Below the pieces are notes generated by a model. That model searched no databases and was not told the DNA's origin. It saw nothing but the letters and a program-made list of their open reading frames with translations. A stretch of 64,000 nucleotides of DNA, taken from contig JBIOJK010000001.1 of assembly GCA_044450765.1 (NCBI GenBank), positions 36,092 through 100,091 on the forward strand. Reading direction: 5' to 3'. A program made the position numbers and the translations under genes. The stretch's first letter is position 1, and each line of letters opens with the position of its first letter. Shown one piece after another: positions 55,111-64,000 of the stretch. The DNA comes from Myxococcota bacterium. Lineage in GTDB: Bacteria; Myxococcota_A; UBA9160; SZUA-336.

Positions 55111-56078
55111 CACGTCGCGAGCACGACCTTGCCGGTCGTCGCGCGACCTTCGAGCGCGCGGTGTGCCGCTGCCGCGTCCGCGAGCGCGAGGCGCGCGCCG
55201 ATGCGGACGTGCAGCCGACCCGCGGCGATCGCGCCGAGCACCTCGTCGGCGCGCAGCTCGAGCTCCGCGCGGTCCTGCGTGTAGTGAGCGAGCGACGGCC
55301 GCGTGATGAAGAGCGACCCCAGGTCGTTCAGTGTGCGCAGCTCGAAGGGCGGCACTGGCCCGCTCGACTGCCCGTACAGCACGAGCATGCCGCGCGGGCG
55401 CAGCGAGCGCAGGCTGCCCTCGAACGTGGTCCGTCCGACGGCGTCGTACACCACGGCGACGCCGCGGCCGCCGGTGAGTCGCCGCACCTCGGGCGCGAAG
55501 TCGATCTCGGTGTAGCGAATCACGTGCTCGGCGCCGGCCTCGCGCGCGAGCTTCTCCTTGTCCGCCGTCGAGCAGGTCGCGATCACGTTCGCGCCCAGCG
55601 CGCGCAACATCTGGACGAGCAGCAGGCCGACCCCGCCGGCCGCGGCGTGAACCAGCGCGGTGTCGCCGGCCCTCACCGGGTAAGTCGTCCGGCACAGGTA
55701 GTGCGCGGTCATGCCCTGCAGCATCGCCGCCGCCGCGACCTCGTCGGGAATTCCCGCTGGAACGCGCACGAGTCGATCCGCGGGCGCGAGCACCGCTTCC
55801 GCGTACGAGCCCGGCGCCGACGCCCACGCAACCCGGTCGCCGACCGCAAGGGTGGTGACCCCGGCGCCGAGTGACTCGACCGTGCCCGCGCCCTCGAGCC
55901 CCGACACGAACGGCAGCGGCCGCGGGTAGAGTCCGGTGCGGAAGTAGACGTCGATGAAGTTCACGCCGGCCGCGCGCACGCGCACGCGGACCTGCCCCGG
56001 GCCCGGCGCCGCCAGCTCCTGCTCGCGCAGCTCGAGCACCTCCGGCCCGCCCGTCCTCGAGACGACGATCGCCTTCAT
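55110..56078 (-). CDS. NADPH:quinone oxidoreductase (zeta-crystallin/MDR family)
   Basis: 322 aa from ATG 56078 (MKAIVVSRTGGPEVLEL); GDRVAWA, AAAGGVGLLLVQM Rossmann motif. Confidence 0.8.
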   Translation of the reverse strand: MKAIVVSRTGGPEVLELREQELAAPGPGQVRVRVRAAGVNFIDVYFRTGLYPRPLPFVSGLEGAGTVESLGAGVTTLAVGDRVAWASAPGSYAEAVLAPADRLVRVPAGIPDEVAAAAMLQGMTAHYLCRTTYPVRAGDTALVHAAAGGVGLLLVQMLRALGANVIATCSTADKEKLAREAGAEHVIRYTEIDFAPEVRRLTGGRGVAVVYDAVGRTTFEGSLRSLRPRGMLVLYGQSSGPVPPFELRTLNDLGSLFITRPSLAHYTQDRAELELRADEVLGAIAAGRLHVRIGARLALADAAAAHRALEGRATTGKVVLAT

Positions 56079-56104
56079 GTCGCCGAGTTTCGCATACTGC
56101 GGGA

Positions 56105-57073
56105 ATGAAATTCGGAGTTCTGCAGTTCTTCTCCTGGTCCGGGCGCGTCCCGCTCGAGACCGTCTACGCGCGCGCATTCGAGCGGATCGCGGTCATGGAC
56201 CAGGGCGGCTACGACGCGGTCTGGCTCGCGGAGCACCACTTCAGCAACTACAGCGTCTGTCCCTCGGTGACTCTGATGGGCGCGCACGTGGCGGCGCGCA
56301 CGAAGCGCCTGCGGATCGGCACCGCGGTCACGCTCGCGGGTCTCTACCATCCGCTGCGGCTCGCCGAGGAGCTCGCGCTGCTCGACGTGCTCTCCGGCGG
56401 CCGGCTGCTGTGGGGCGCGGGCCGCGGCTTCGATCCGCGCGAGTTCCGCGCCTTCGACGTGCGCGTCGAGGAGAGCGCGGAGCGCATGCTCGAGTGCGTG
56501 GAGATCGTGCGCGCCGCCTGGCGCGACGAGTCACTCGTCCACCGCGGCAAACACTGGAGCTTCGACACCGTCGACGTGCTGCCCAAGCCACGGCAGAAGC
56601 CTCATCCGCCGGTCTGGCTGGCGGCGTCGTCGCCGCAGGCGATCGTGCGCGCCGCGGAGCGCGGTTACTCGATCCTGTTCAACCCGCACGCCGCGCACGC
56701 CGAGATCGGGCGCAGCCATGCGCTCTACCGCGAGACGCTCGAGGCGCACGGCCACGCGTACGCCGGGCGAGACTTGCCGATCGCGCGCCTGCTCGCGATC
56801 GCGCCGACGGATCGCGAGGCCGCCGAAGTCGCGCGCACCGGTGCGGCGTGGACCGTCGGCTCGTACGCCACCGGCCCGAACACCAGCGCTTCGCCCGAGA
56901 GCCGCGTCGACCAGTACGTGCGCGACGTGGTTCTGCACGGCTCGCCGGAGCGGGTCGCGGACGAGATCGCGCGCTTGCGCGAGACGATCGGACTCGACTA
57001 TCTCATGTGCGCGCCGCTCAGCCACGCCTCGTTCGTGCTGTTCACCGAGCGCGTGCTGCCGAAACTGGTGTGA
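56105..57073 (+). CDS. LLM-class (luciferase-like) flavin-dependent oxidoreductase
   Basis: 322 aa; MKFGVLQFF, YDAVWLAEHHF, luciferase-like TIM-barrel pattern. Confidence 0.8.
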   Translation: MKFGVLQFFSWSGRVPLETVYARAFERIAVMDQGGYDAVWLAEHHFSNYSVCPSVTLMGAHVAARTKRLRIGTAVTLAGLYHPLRLAEELALLDVLSGGRLLWGAGRGFDPREFRAFDVRVEESAERMLECVEIVRAAWRDESLVHRGKHWSFDTVDVLPKPRQKPHPPVWLAASSPQAIVRAAERGYSILFNPHAAHAEIGRSHALYRETLEAHGHAYAGRDLPIARLLAIAPTDREAAEVARTGAAWTVGSYATGPNTSASPESRVDQYVRDVVLHGSPERVADEIARLRETIGLDYLMCAPLSHASFVLFTERVLPKLV

Positions 57074-57134
57074 TCGGGCGCCGCCGGGTGTAGGATCGGG
57101 GCGAGCGTGCAGTTGCGCGCAGGGGGAGAACGCG

Positions 57135-57419
57135 ATGATCGCGCGAGTGAGTGGCTACCTGGTCGGCGCCCTTCTGATTGCAGCCTCGGCGGGCGCCGCC
57201 GACATGAAGACCTACCAAGTGACCGGGCCGGTCGTCTCGGTGACGAGCGACTCGATCGTCGTCACGAAGGGCAAGGACAACTGGACGATCGCGAAGGACG
57301 CGGCGACCAAGGGGCCCGAGGTGAAGGCGGGCGACAAGGTCACGATCCACTACCGCATGACCGCGACGGACATCGACGTCAGGCCAGCCGCCGCCGCGAA
57401 GGCCGCAAAGAAGAAGTAG
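57135..57419 (+). CDS. small secreted hypothetical protein
   Basis: 94 aa; AGGGGGAG RBS; signal peptide LVGALLIAASAGAA; Lys-rich C-terminus. Confidence 0.4.
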   Translation: MIARVSGYLVGALLIAASAGAADMKTYQVTGPVVSVTSDSIVVTKGKDNWTIAKDAATKGPEVKAGDKVTIHYRMTATDIDVRPAAAAKAAKKK

Positions 57420-57432
57420 TCTCGCGACCCAG

Positions 57433-58557
57433 TCAGCGGGGCTGCAGCGCGGCGAGTCTCTCGCTGGCCGCGAGGTAGCCCTCGACCAGGTCGTAGATCA
57501 CTTCGCGGCACGAGCGCACTTCGCGCATCAGTCCGACCGTCTGGCCGACCGGATTGAACGCGACGCGCTGCGCGGCGCCCGACGCCGCGTAGCGCGAGGT
57601 GCGCGCGATCGCGTCCATCGTGACCATGCCCTGGAGCGGCATGCCCAGCGGCTTCGGTGAGTCGGGCTGCTCCCACGCCTCGGTCCAGTCGTTTCGGAGC
57701 ATGCGGCACGGTTTGCCGGTCCACGAGCGCGAGCGCACGGTGTCTTCGCTCGAGGCGCGGAGGAGTGACTCGACCTGCGCGGGCTCGGCCTCGGCCTCCT
57801 CGACGGTGAGCCAGAGCGACCCGGTCCAGACACCCTGCGCGCCGAGCGCGAGCGCGGCGGCGATCTGGGAGCCGGTGCCGATCCCGCCCGCCGCCAGCAC
57901 CGGCAGCGGCGAGACCGCTTCGATGACCTGCGGCCAGAGCACCAGGCTGCCGATCTCGCCGGAGTGACCGCCGCCCTCGGTGCCCTGCGCGATCACGATG
58001 TCGACCCCGGCGTCGCGGTGGCGAACCGCCTGGTGCACGCGCCCGCAGAGCGCGGCCACCAGGCGCCCGCTCTGCTGCACCCGCGCAATCACTTCCTTCG
58101 GCGGCGTGCCGAGCGCGTTCGCGATCAAGCGCACCTTGTCGTGCTTCAGCGCGACCTCGACCTGCGGCGCGGCGGTCGCCTCGGTCCAGCCGAGCAGCTC
58201 GCGCGCGCGGTTCTCGGGCGGCAGCTCGGGCACGCCGTGATCGGCGAGCAGCTTGGCCGCGAACTCGCGGTGGCGCAGCGGGATCTGCGCGCGCAGCATG
58301 TCCTCGAGCTTGGCGGGATCGATCTCGCCCATGCCCTCGTACTTCTGCGGAATCACGAGGTCGACACCGTACGGTTTCGCGCCGACGTGCTCGTCGATCC
58401 ACTTGCACTCGACCTCGAGCTGCTCGGGCGTGAAGCCGACCGCGCCCAGCACGCCGAAGCCGCCCGCGTGCGAGACCGCGGCCACCACGTCGCGGCAGTG
58501 GCTGAACGCGAAGATCGGAAACTCGATGCCGAGGCGGTCGCAGAGATCGGTGTGCAT
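57433..58557 (-). CDS. nitronate monooxygenase (NMO/2-nitropropane dioxygenase family)
   Basis: 374 aa; FMN TIM-barrel; IVIAQGTEGGGHSG and PVLAAGGIGTGSQIAAALALGAQGV motifs. Confidence 0.8.
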   Translation of the reverse strand: MHTDLCDRLGIEFPIFAFSHCRDVVAAVSHAGGFGVLGAVGFTPEQLEVECKWIDEHVGAKPYGVDLVIPQKYEGMGEIDPAKLEDMLRAQIPLRHREFAAKLLADHGVPELPPENRARELLGWTEATAAPQVEVALKHDKVRLIANALGTPPKEVIARVQQSGRLVAALCGRVHQAVRHRDAGVDIVIAQGTEGGGHSGEIGSLVLWPQVIEAVSPLPVLAAGGIGTGSQIAAALALGAQGVWTGSLWLTVEEAEAEPAQVESLLRASSEDTVRSRSWTGKPCRMLRNDWTEAWEQPDSPKPLGMPLQGMVTMDAIARTSRYAASGAAQRVAFNPVGQTVGLMREVRSCREVIYDLVEGYLAASERLAALQPR

Positions 58558-58566
58558 GGGCCCTCC

Positions 58567-58580
58567 TAGAACACGTTCTA
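58567..58580. promoter_or_regulatory. AT-rich palindrome TAGAACacGTTCTA in divergent promoter region
   Basis: 6-2-6 perfect inverted repeat in the 50-bp gap between NMO and GT2 starts. Confidence 0.4.
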
Positions 58581-58607
58581 ATCGTATACCGCTACAGTCG
58601 AAATTGC

Positions 58608-59780
58608 ATGCTCACGCTGCTCGCCGGCCTTTCGCTCGCCGCCTGGTTCACTCTCGTGTTCGCACACGGGAGGTTCTGGCTGGCGGATCAGCGCGTGGAC
58701 GCGCGCGCGCCCGGGCCCAGTCACTGGCCCGACGTCGCCGCGGTCGTGCCCGCGCGCGACGAGGCAGATCTCTTGCCCCGCACCCTGCGGTCACTGCTTG
58801 CGCAGGAGTACGCGGGCCGGCTGCGCATCGTGCTGGTCGACGACGAGAGCGAGGACGGCACGAGCGACGTCGCGCGCGACGCCGCCAAGGGCCATCCGAA
58901 CGGCGCGCGGCTCGAGGTCGTGCGCACCGCGGAGCGGCCCAGCGGCTGGGTCGGGAAGATGTGGGCGCTCGAGTCCGGCCTGCGCGCGGCCGAGCGCTCG
59001 GGCGGCGCGCCCGCCTGGTGGTGGCTCACTGACGCCGACGTCGAGCACGCACCCGACTCACTCGCCCGGCTCGTCGCGAAGGGCGAGGCCGGCGGGCTCG
59101 ACCTGGTGTCCCTGATGGTGAAGCTGCACGCCGGCCGCGGCTGGAACGCGCTGCTGGTGCCGGCCTTCGTCTACTTCTTCCAGCAGCTCTACCCGTTCCC
59201 GCGCGTGAACGATCCCCGGTCCAAGGTCGCCGCCGCGGCGGGCGGCTGCGTGCTGGTGAAGAGCGACTCACTCGCGCGCGCGGGCGGAGTCGCCGCGCTG
59301 CGCGGCGAGGTGATCGACGACTGCGCGCTCGGCCAGGCCATCAAGCGCGGCGGCAAGATCTGGCTCGGCCTCGCCGACCGCGAGCACTCGATCCGCCCCT
59401 ACGAGAGACTCGACGACGTCTGGAACATGGTCGCGCGCAGCGCCTACACGCAGTTGCGCCACTCCCCTGCCCTGCTGGCCGGCACGCTCGCGGGGCTGGC
59501 GCTCTTGTATCTCGTGCCGCCGCTCGCGGTGCTCGCCTGGCTCCTGGGCGGCGGCGCCGGCGCTGCCGTGTTCGGCGCCGCTGCCTGGGCGCTGCAGGCC
59601 GCGTCGTTCGTCCCCACGCTGGCGCTCTACGGCCGGCCGCCCCAGCTCGCCCTCGCCCTGCCCGCCGCTGGCGCCCTCTACGCCGCGATGACCTTCGATT
59701 CGGCGCTGAGACACTGGCGCGACGAGGGCGCGACCTGGAAGGGCCGCTCGGGAGCGGGTGCGGACCCGGACGCGGGGTGA
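58608..59780 (+). CDS. glycosyltransferase family 2, HpnB-like (hopanoid-associated type) membrane GT
   Basis: 390 aa; N-terminal TM, VVPARDE, LVDDESEDGT, TDADVEH motifs, C-terminal TM bundle; resemblance to HpnB is by architecture and motifs only. Confidence 0.55.
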   Translation: MLTLLAGLSLAAWFTLVFAHGRFWLADQRVDARAPGPSHWPDVAAVVPARDEADLLPRTLRSLLAQEYAGRLRIVLVDDESEDGTSDVARDAAKGHPNGARLEVVRTAERPSGWVGKMWALESGLRAAERSGGAPAWWWLTDADVEHAPDSLARLVAKGEAGGLDLVSLMVKLHAGRGWNALLVPAFVYFFQQLYPFPRVNDPRSKVAAAAGGCVLVKSDSLARAGGVAALRGEVIDDCALGQAIKRGGKIWLGLADREHSIRPYERLDDVWNMVARSAYTQLRHSPALLAGTLAGLALLYLVPPLAVLAWLLGGGAGAAVFGAAAWALQAASFVPTLALYGRPPQLALALPAAGALYAAMTFDSALRHWRDEGATWKGRSGAGADPDAG

Positions 59781-59799
59781 TCCGCGGCCGCCGCGCGAG

Positions 59800-61200
59800 T
59801 CACTGCCACCCTCCGCCGATCGCCTTCACCAGCTGCACCGTCGAGTCGAGTCTCTGCTGCTGAACCTGCGCCGCCTGCAGCTCGAGCTCGAGGTGCGCGC
59901 TCTGGGCTACGATGACCTGCAGGTAGTCGGCGATGCCGTGGTCGTACTGGGAGCGCGAGACGGCGACGGCGCGCGCGGCGGCAGTCACGGCGTCGCCGAC
60001 CGCGTCGCCCTGCACCGCGCGCAGGCGCACGCCGACCAGGGCGTCCTCGACGTCGCGGAACGCGCCGAGCACCGTCTGGCGATAGGTGGCGAGGTGCTCT
60101 TCGTAGCGCGCCTGGGCGCCGCTCAGGTTCGCGCGCAGGCGCCCGCCCTCGAAGATCGGGGCGGAGATACTCGGCCCGAGCGCCCAGATGCGGCTCTCCC
60201 ACTTCAGCAGGTCGCCGAAGCTCGCGCTGTCCAGCCCGGCCGCGCCGGTGAGTCGCACCTGCGGGAAGAAGAGCGCCTCCGCGACGCCGACCTCGGCGTT
60301 CGCCGCGACCAGGTTCTGCTCGGCCTCGGCGACGTCGGGCCGGTGCTCGAGCAGCTCGGACGGCACGCCCGCGGGTATCTCGGGCGGTGCGAGATCGAGC
60401 GGCTGCACGGCGACCGAGAAGTCCGACGCCGGGCGGCCGCAGAGCACGGCGAGCGCATGCTCGGCCTCGGCGCGTTGGCGCTGCACGTCGGCCTGGCGCG
60501 CCAGGGCCGTCGAGAGCTGAGTGCGGGCCTGCGCGACGTCGAGCTCACTCACCAGGCCCGCTCGAAAGCGCGCCTCGACCAGGCGCACCTGGTCGCCGAA
60601 GATGCCGATGCTGTCGGCCAGGGTCGCGCTCTGCGCATCGAGCGAGCGGATCGCGAAATACTGCGCGGCCACGTCGCCCGCGAGCGTGAGCGCCACCACG
60701 CGGTAGTCGCTCTCGCTCGCGTGAGCCTGCGCGGTCGCCGACTCGAACGTGCGCCGGACGCGGCCCCAGAGATCGATCTCGTACGAGAGGTCGAACGGGA
60801 CGATGACTTCCTGCGTGTAGACGCCGGTCGCGGACGTGCTGCCCGAGCGATTCGGCGACTGGCGCAGCGTTCTGTACGCCGGATCGAGCGTGACCGTCGG
60901 GTAGAACTCGCTGTTGGCGATGCGCGCCGTGGCGCGCGCCTCGGCCACCCGCGCGACCGCGAGCTGCAGGTCCTGATTGGCGTCGCGCGCCTGCACCTCG
61001 AGCGCGGTCAAGGTCGGATCGCCGAACAGGCTCCACCATTCGGTGTCGAGCGGCGGCGCACCGGCCGCGGGCTCGGCGGGCTTCTCGCCGTAGCTGGCCG
61101 GCACGTCGACCGCGGGGCGCTCGTAGTCCGGGCCAACCGCGCAGCTCGCACAGAGCGCGCCCGCCGCGATGAGTGGCCCCCAGCGATGCGAGTGACTCAC
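59800..61200 (-). CDS. RND efflux outer-membrane factor lipoprotein (NodT/OprM family)
   Basis: 466 aa; lipobox LCASCAVGPDY, two OEP repeats, C-terminal GGGW. Confidence 0.85.
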   Translation of the reverse strand: MSHSHRWGPLIAAGALCASCAVGPDYERPAVDVPASYGEKPAEPAAGAPPLDTEWWSLFGDPTLTALEVQARDANQDLQLAVARVAEARATARIANSEFYPTVTLDPAYRTLRQSPNRSGSTSATGVYTQEVIVPFDLSYEIDLWGRVRRTFESATAQAHASESDYRVVALTLAGDVAAQYFAIRSLDAQSATLADSIGIFGDQVRLVEARFRAGLVSELDVAQARTQLSTALARQADVQRQRAEAEHALAVLCGRPASDFSVAVQPLDLAPPEIPAGVPSELLEHRPDVAEAEQNLVAANAEVGVAEALFFPQVRLTGAAGLDSASFGDLLKWESRIWALGPSISAPIFEGGRLRANLSGAQARYEEHLATYRQTVLGAFRDVEDALVGVRLRAVQGDAVGDAVTAAARAVAVSRSQYDHGIADYLQVIVAQSAHLELELQAAQVQQQRLDSTVQLVKAIGGGWQ

Positions 61201-62378
61201 GGCGGCGGCGGCGCCACGGCCTCGACTCGCTGCCCATCCGCGAGCGCCGCCGACGGCGTCGTCACGACTCTCTCGTCGCCGTTGATTCCCGAAGCGACCT
61301 CGATCTCGCCGCCGAAGTCGCGCCCCAGGACGACCGGCCGGTAGTGCAGTGTGTCGTCGGCATCGACGATGCCGAGCCGCGTGCCCTGGGCGTCGAACAT
61401 GACGGCGCCGGCGGGGACGCGCCAGCGCGGGCCGACCCGGGTCGCCTCGAAGGCGACCTGCACGTACATACCCGGCTTCAGGAGTCCGTCGGGGTTCGGG
61501 ATATCGATTTCGGTCAGCATCGTGCGCGTCCCGGGGTCGAGTGACCCGGCGCTGCGCGCGACGGTGCCGCGGAAGGGCTTGTTCGGCAGCGAGCGCACCT
61601 GGACCGCCTGACCGACTTGCAGCTCGTCGACGAACGGCTGCGGCACGTTGACGTAGACGCGCAGCACGTCGTTCTGCGCCAAAGTGAAGAGCGGCGTCAT
61701 CGTGCTGCCGCTGCCCGAGGTGATGAGCGCGCCGACGTCGACGTTGCGCTGGGTGACTCGCCCCGCGAACGGCGCAGTGACTCGCTCGAAGCGCTGCTGC
61801 TCCGTCAGCCCCTGCACGGTCGCGGCGGCGGCGTGCACGTTCGCCTCGGCCGTGTGGACCGCGTTGCGCCGCTGGTCGAGATCCTCCTTGGCGACGGCGC
61901 CGTCCTTGTCGGCATCTTCGAACCGCAGCAGGCTGCTGCGCGCGAACTCCAGGTCCGCCTTGGCGCGCGCGAGGTCGGCCTGCGCCTGCGCGAGCTGCTG
62001 GTCGAGCTCGGGCGCGCTGATCACCGCCAGCAGCTGTCCCGCCTTGACCTCGTCGCCGATGTCGACGAGCCGGCGCTCGAGATAGCCGCTCACGCGCGCG
62101 TACAGAGTCGCCTGCTGGAACGGCAGCGTGGAGCCCGGCAGATTCAGGTCCGACGGCGGCGCAGGCTGCGGCGCGCTCACGGCCACCCGCGGGCGCGCAT
62201 TCGCGAGCACCTCGCCCTCGCGCTGCAGCTCGAGCCGGGCGCGCACGCGCGGCACGACGCCGGCCACCAGCAAGAGAAGGAAAAGCAGGCCGAGACCCAG
62301 CGCCACGGGATTGGCGCGCGCACGCGTCGCCGCGCGGCGAGTGAACGACTCAGTCGCGGGAGTCACCGCGTCGCTCAT
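61197..62378 (-). CDS. RND efflux periplasmic adaptor subunit (AcrA/MexA-like)
   Basis: 393 aa from ATG 62378 (GGAGG 4 nt upstream); TM anchor, lipoyl/coiled-coil/beta-barrel pattern; stop overlaps OMF start (ATGA). Confidence 0.8.
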   Translation of the reverse strand: MSDAVTPATESFTRRAATRARANPVALGLGLLFLLLLVAGVVPRVRARLELQREGEVLANARPRVAVSAPQPAPPSDLNLPGSTLPFQQATLYARVSGYLERRLVDIGDEVKAGQLLAVISAPELDQQLAQAQADLARAKADLEFARSSLLRFEDADKDGAVAKEDLDQRRNAVHTAEANVHAAAATVQGLTEQQRFERVTAPFAGRVTQRNVDVGALITSGSGSTMTPLFTLAQNDVLRVYVNVPQPFVDELQVGQAVQVRSLPNKPFRGTVARSAGSLDPGTRTMLTEIDIPNPDGLLKPGMYVQVAFEATRVGPRWRVPAGAVMFDAQGTRLGIVDADDTLHYRPVVLGRDFGGEIEVASGINGDERVVTTPSAALADGQRVEAVAPPPP

Positions 62379-64000
62379 TCGACCTCCGCCGGTCGCGGCG
62401 CCTTGCGGCGGAGCAAGCTGTACATCAGGGGCACGAAGAACAGCGTGTAAGCCGTCGCGAGCGCGAGCCCTCCGATGACCGCCCGGCCGAGCGGAGCGTT
62501 CTGCTCGCCGCCCTCGCCCAGGCCGAGTGACATGGGCAGCATGCCGATCAGCATGGCGAGCGCGGTCATCAGGACCGGTCGCAGGCGCGTGCGGCCGGCC
62601 GAGAGCGCGGCGTCGTGCGCGTCGAGCCCGCGGTGCCGCTCCTCGTTCGCGAATGTGATCATCAGGATGCTGTTCGACGTGGCGACGCCGATCGCCATGA
62701 TCGCGCCCATCAGGGACGGCACGTTGATCGTGGTGCCCGTGGCGAACAGCAGCCAGAGAATCCCCGCGAGCGCCCCGGGCAGCGCCATCAGGATGATCAG
62801 CGGATCGATCCACGACTGAAAGTTCACGACCATGAGGAAGTACACGAGGAGGATCGCGAATGCGATCCCGAGGCCGAGCCCGACGAACGCCTCGTTCATG
62901 CTCTGCACCTGGCCGCGGATCGTGATGATGCTGGCCTTCGAGACCTTGCCGCGGAACTCGTCGACGATCTTTTCGACCCCGTCGGACACGCTGCCGAGAT
63001 CCGTGCCCTGCACGTTGGCGAAGACGTCGTACACCGGCTGCACGTCGTAGTGATTCAGCGCGACCGGCGTCGTGGTGCGCTCGACCGAAACCAGGTTGCT
63101 GAGCAGCAGCGGCTGACCGGAGCCACCGTCGAGTGACACGGGCGTGTTCAGCAGCGCCGAGATGCTGCTCACCTTGCGCTGTGGGCTCTGCACGACCACT
63201 CCGTAGCTCACCCCGTTCTTCGGGTTGAGCCAGTAGTTCGAGCCGGTGGTGCCGCTGCCGGTGAGCGAGATCAGGAGACTCTGCGCGACGTCGCGCTCGC
63301 TGAGCCCGCTCTCGAGCGCGAGCGAGCGGTCGACCTCGAGTGACAGGCGCGGGCCGTCGAGCACCTGGTGGACGTGCACGTCGACCGCGCCTGGAATCGA
63401 GCGCATGCGCTCGGCGATCTGCTGCGCCATGGCGAAGTTCGTCTGCTGCTCCGAGTTCGGCCCGCTGACCTGCACGTCGATCGGCGCCGGCAGCCCGAAG
63501 TTGAGGATCTGGCCCACCATGTCCGCGGGCTGCGCGAAGAAAGTCAGCTCGGGGAACTCGCGCGGCAGCGCGCTGCGCAGCTGCCTCAGGTATCGGGCGG
63601 TCGGAGCGTGCCCCGGCTTCAGCGACACGAGGATCTCGCCCTCTGCGGCGCTGAGCGACACACTGTCGGTGAGTGCGAGATTGATGCCGTTGGGCACGCC
63701 CAGGTTGTCCATCACGACCGCGGTCTCGTCGGGCGGAATCACGGCGCGAATGCGGTCCTCGACCCGCTGCGCGTAGTGCTCGGTCTCCTCCAGCCGCGTG
63801 CCCGTCGGCCCGCGCAGGTGCAGGCGGAGCTGACCGGCGTCCACCGTCGGGAAGAAGTCGCGTCCGACGAACGGCACCAGCAGGAGCGATCCCGCCGCGA
63901 ACGAGCCAAACGCGATCAGATAGGTGCGGCGCTCGATCAGCGCGATCTCCAGGCCGCGCTCGTAGGCGCGGCCGAGCCGGTCGAACTCCCGCTGGACGCG
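62375..64000 (-). CDS. RND efflux permease (AcrB/MexB-like), C-terminal half; gene continues past the window end
   Basis: Frame stays open to nt 64000 (AYERGLEIALIERRTYLIAFGSFAAGSLLLVPFVGRDFFP...); C-terminal 6-TM bundle and porter subdomains; stop overlaps adaptor start (ATGA). Confidence 0.85.
   Translation of the reverse strand, partial: RVQREFDRLGRAYERGLEIALIERRTYLIAFGSFAAGSLLLVPFVGRDFFPTVDAGQLRLHLRGPTGTRLEETEHYAQRVEDRIRAVIPPDETAVVMDNLGVPNGINLALTDSVSLSAAEGEILVSLKPGHAPTARYLRQLRSALPREFPELTFFAQPADMVGQILNFGLPAPIDVQVSGPNSEQQTNFAMAQQIAERMRSIPGAVDVHVHQVLDGPRLSLEVDRSLALESGLSERDVAQSLLISLTGSGTTGSNYWLNPKNGVSYGVVVQSPQRKVSSISALLNTPVSLDGGSGQPLLLSNLVSVERTTTPVALNHYDVQPVYDVFANVQGTDLGSVSDGVEKIVDEFRGKVSKASIITIRGQVQSMNEAFVGLGLGIAFAILLVYFLMVVNFQSWIDPLIILMALPGALAGILWLLFATGTTINVPSLMGAIMAIGVATSNSILMITFANEERHRGLDAHDAALSAGRTRLRPVLMTALAMLIGMLPMSLGLGEGGEQNAPLGRAVIGGLALATAYTLFFVPLMYSLLRRKAPRPAEVE

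Noticed and set aside
56079-56104. 26-bp divergent spacer between quinone oxidoreductase and LLM oxidoreductase as a regulatory oddity
   Set aside because: Most likely an artefact of my chosen start for the quinone oxidoreductase (ATG 56078). Alternative starts cannot be excluded, and nothing palindromic was seen.
1-64000. CRISPR arrays, insertion sequences, integrases, phage genes
   Set aside because: No regularly spaced direct repeats, no transposase or integrase or recombinase-like translations, no terminal inverted repeats flanking gene blocks. The window looks like core or accessory chromosome rather than a mobile element.

Overview
This is a gene-dense stretch of high-GC (about 70%) bacterial chromosome; roughly 66 protein-coding genes are supported. 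I saw no rRNA, tRNA, CRISPR array, transposase or integrase. The high GC fills every frame with long Arg/Pro-rich open frames, so genes were called only where the translation shows recognisable motifs. In order, the window holds: a compact ring-cleavage catabolic module with a TetR regulator; two L,D-transpeptidases beside an Lpp-like lipoprotein; purE; a divergent lysA-family decarboxylase and class III aminotransferase pair; bacterioferritin; a PaaX-like regulator translationally coupled to a membrane desaturase; a peptidase S51 / Hsp70-family ATPase operon; a SelO-like protein; a MacAB/Lol-like exporter with two FtsX permeases; YjbQ-TerC behind a long structured leader; a SET-domain protein fused by a 4-nt overlap to citrate synthase, divergent from a sirtuin; a glycan-modification island (GT4, ABC-2 exporter, ArnT-like GT39, ArnC-like GT2, UppP, HldE); a TetR-controlled YbhGFSR-like exporter with an AT-rich palindromic operator; an orphan P-II protein; a SbmA/BacA-type ABC transporter; assorted hydrolases and oxidoreductases; and an RND tripartite efflux operon running off the 3' end. 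Gene content suggests a Myxococcota-like or other high-GC Gram-negative organism, but that is inference. All family calls come from motif recognition by eye, with no database search. Hand-derived start coordinates may be off by 1-3 nt.
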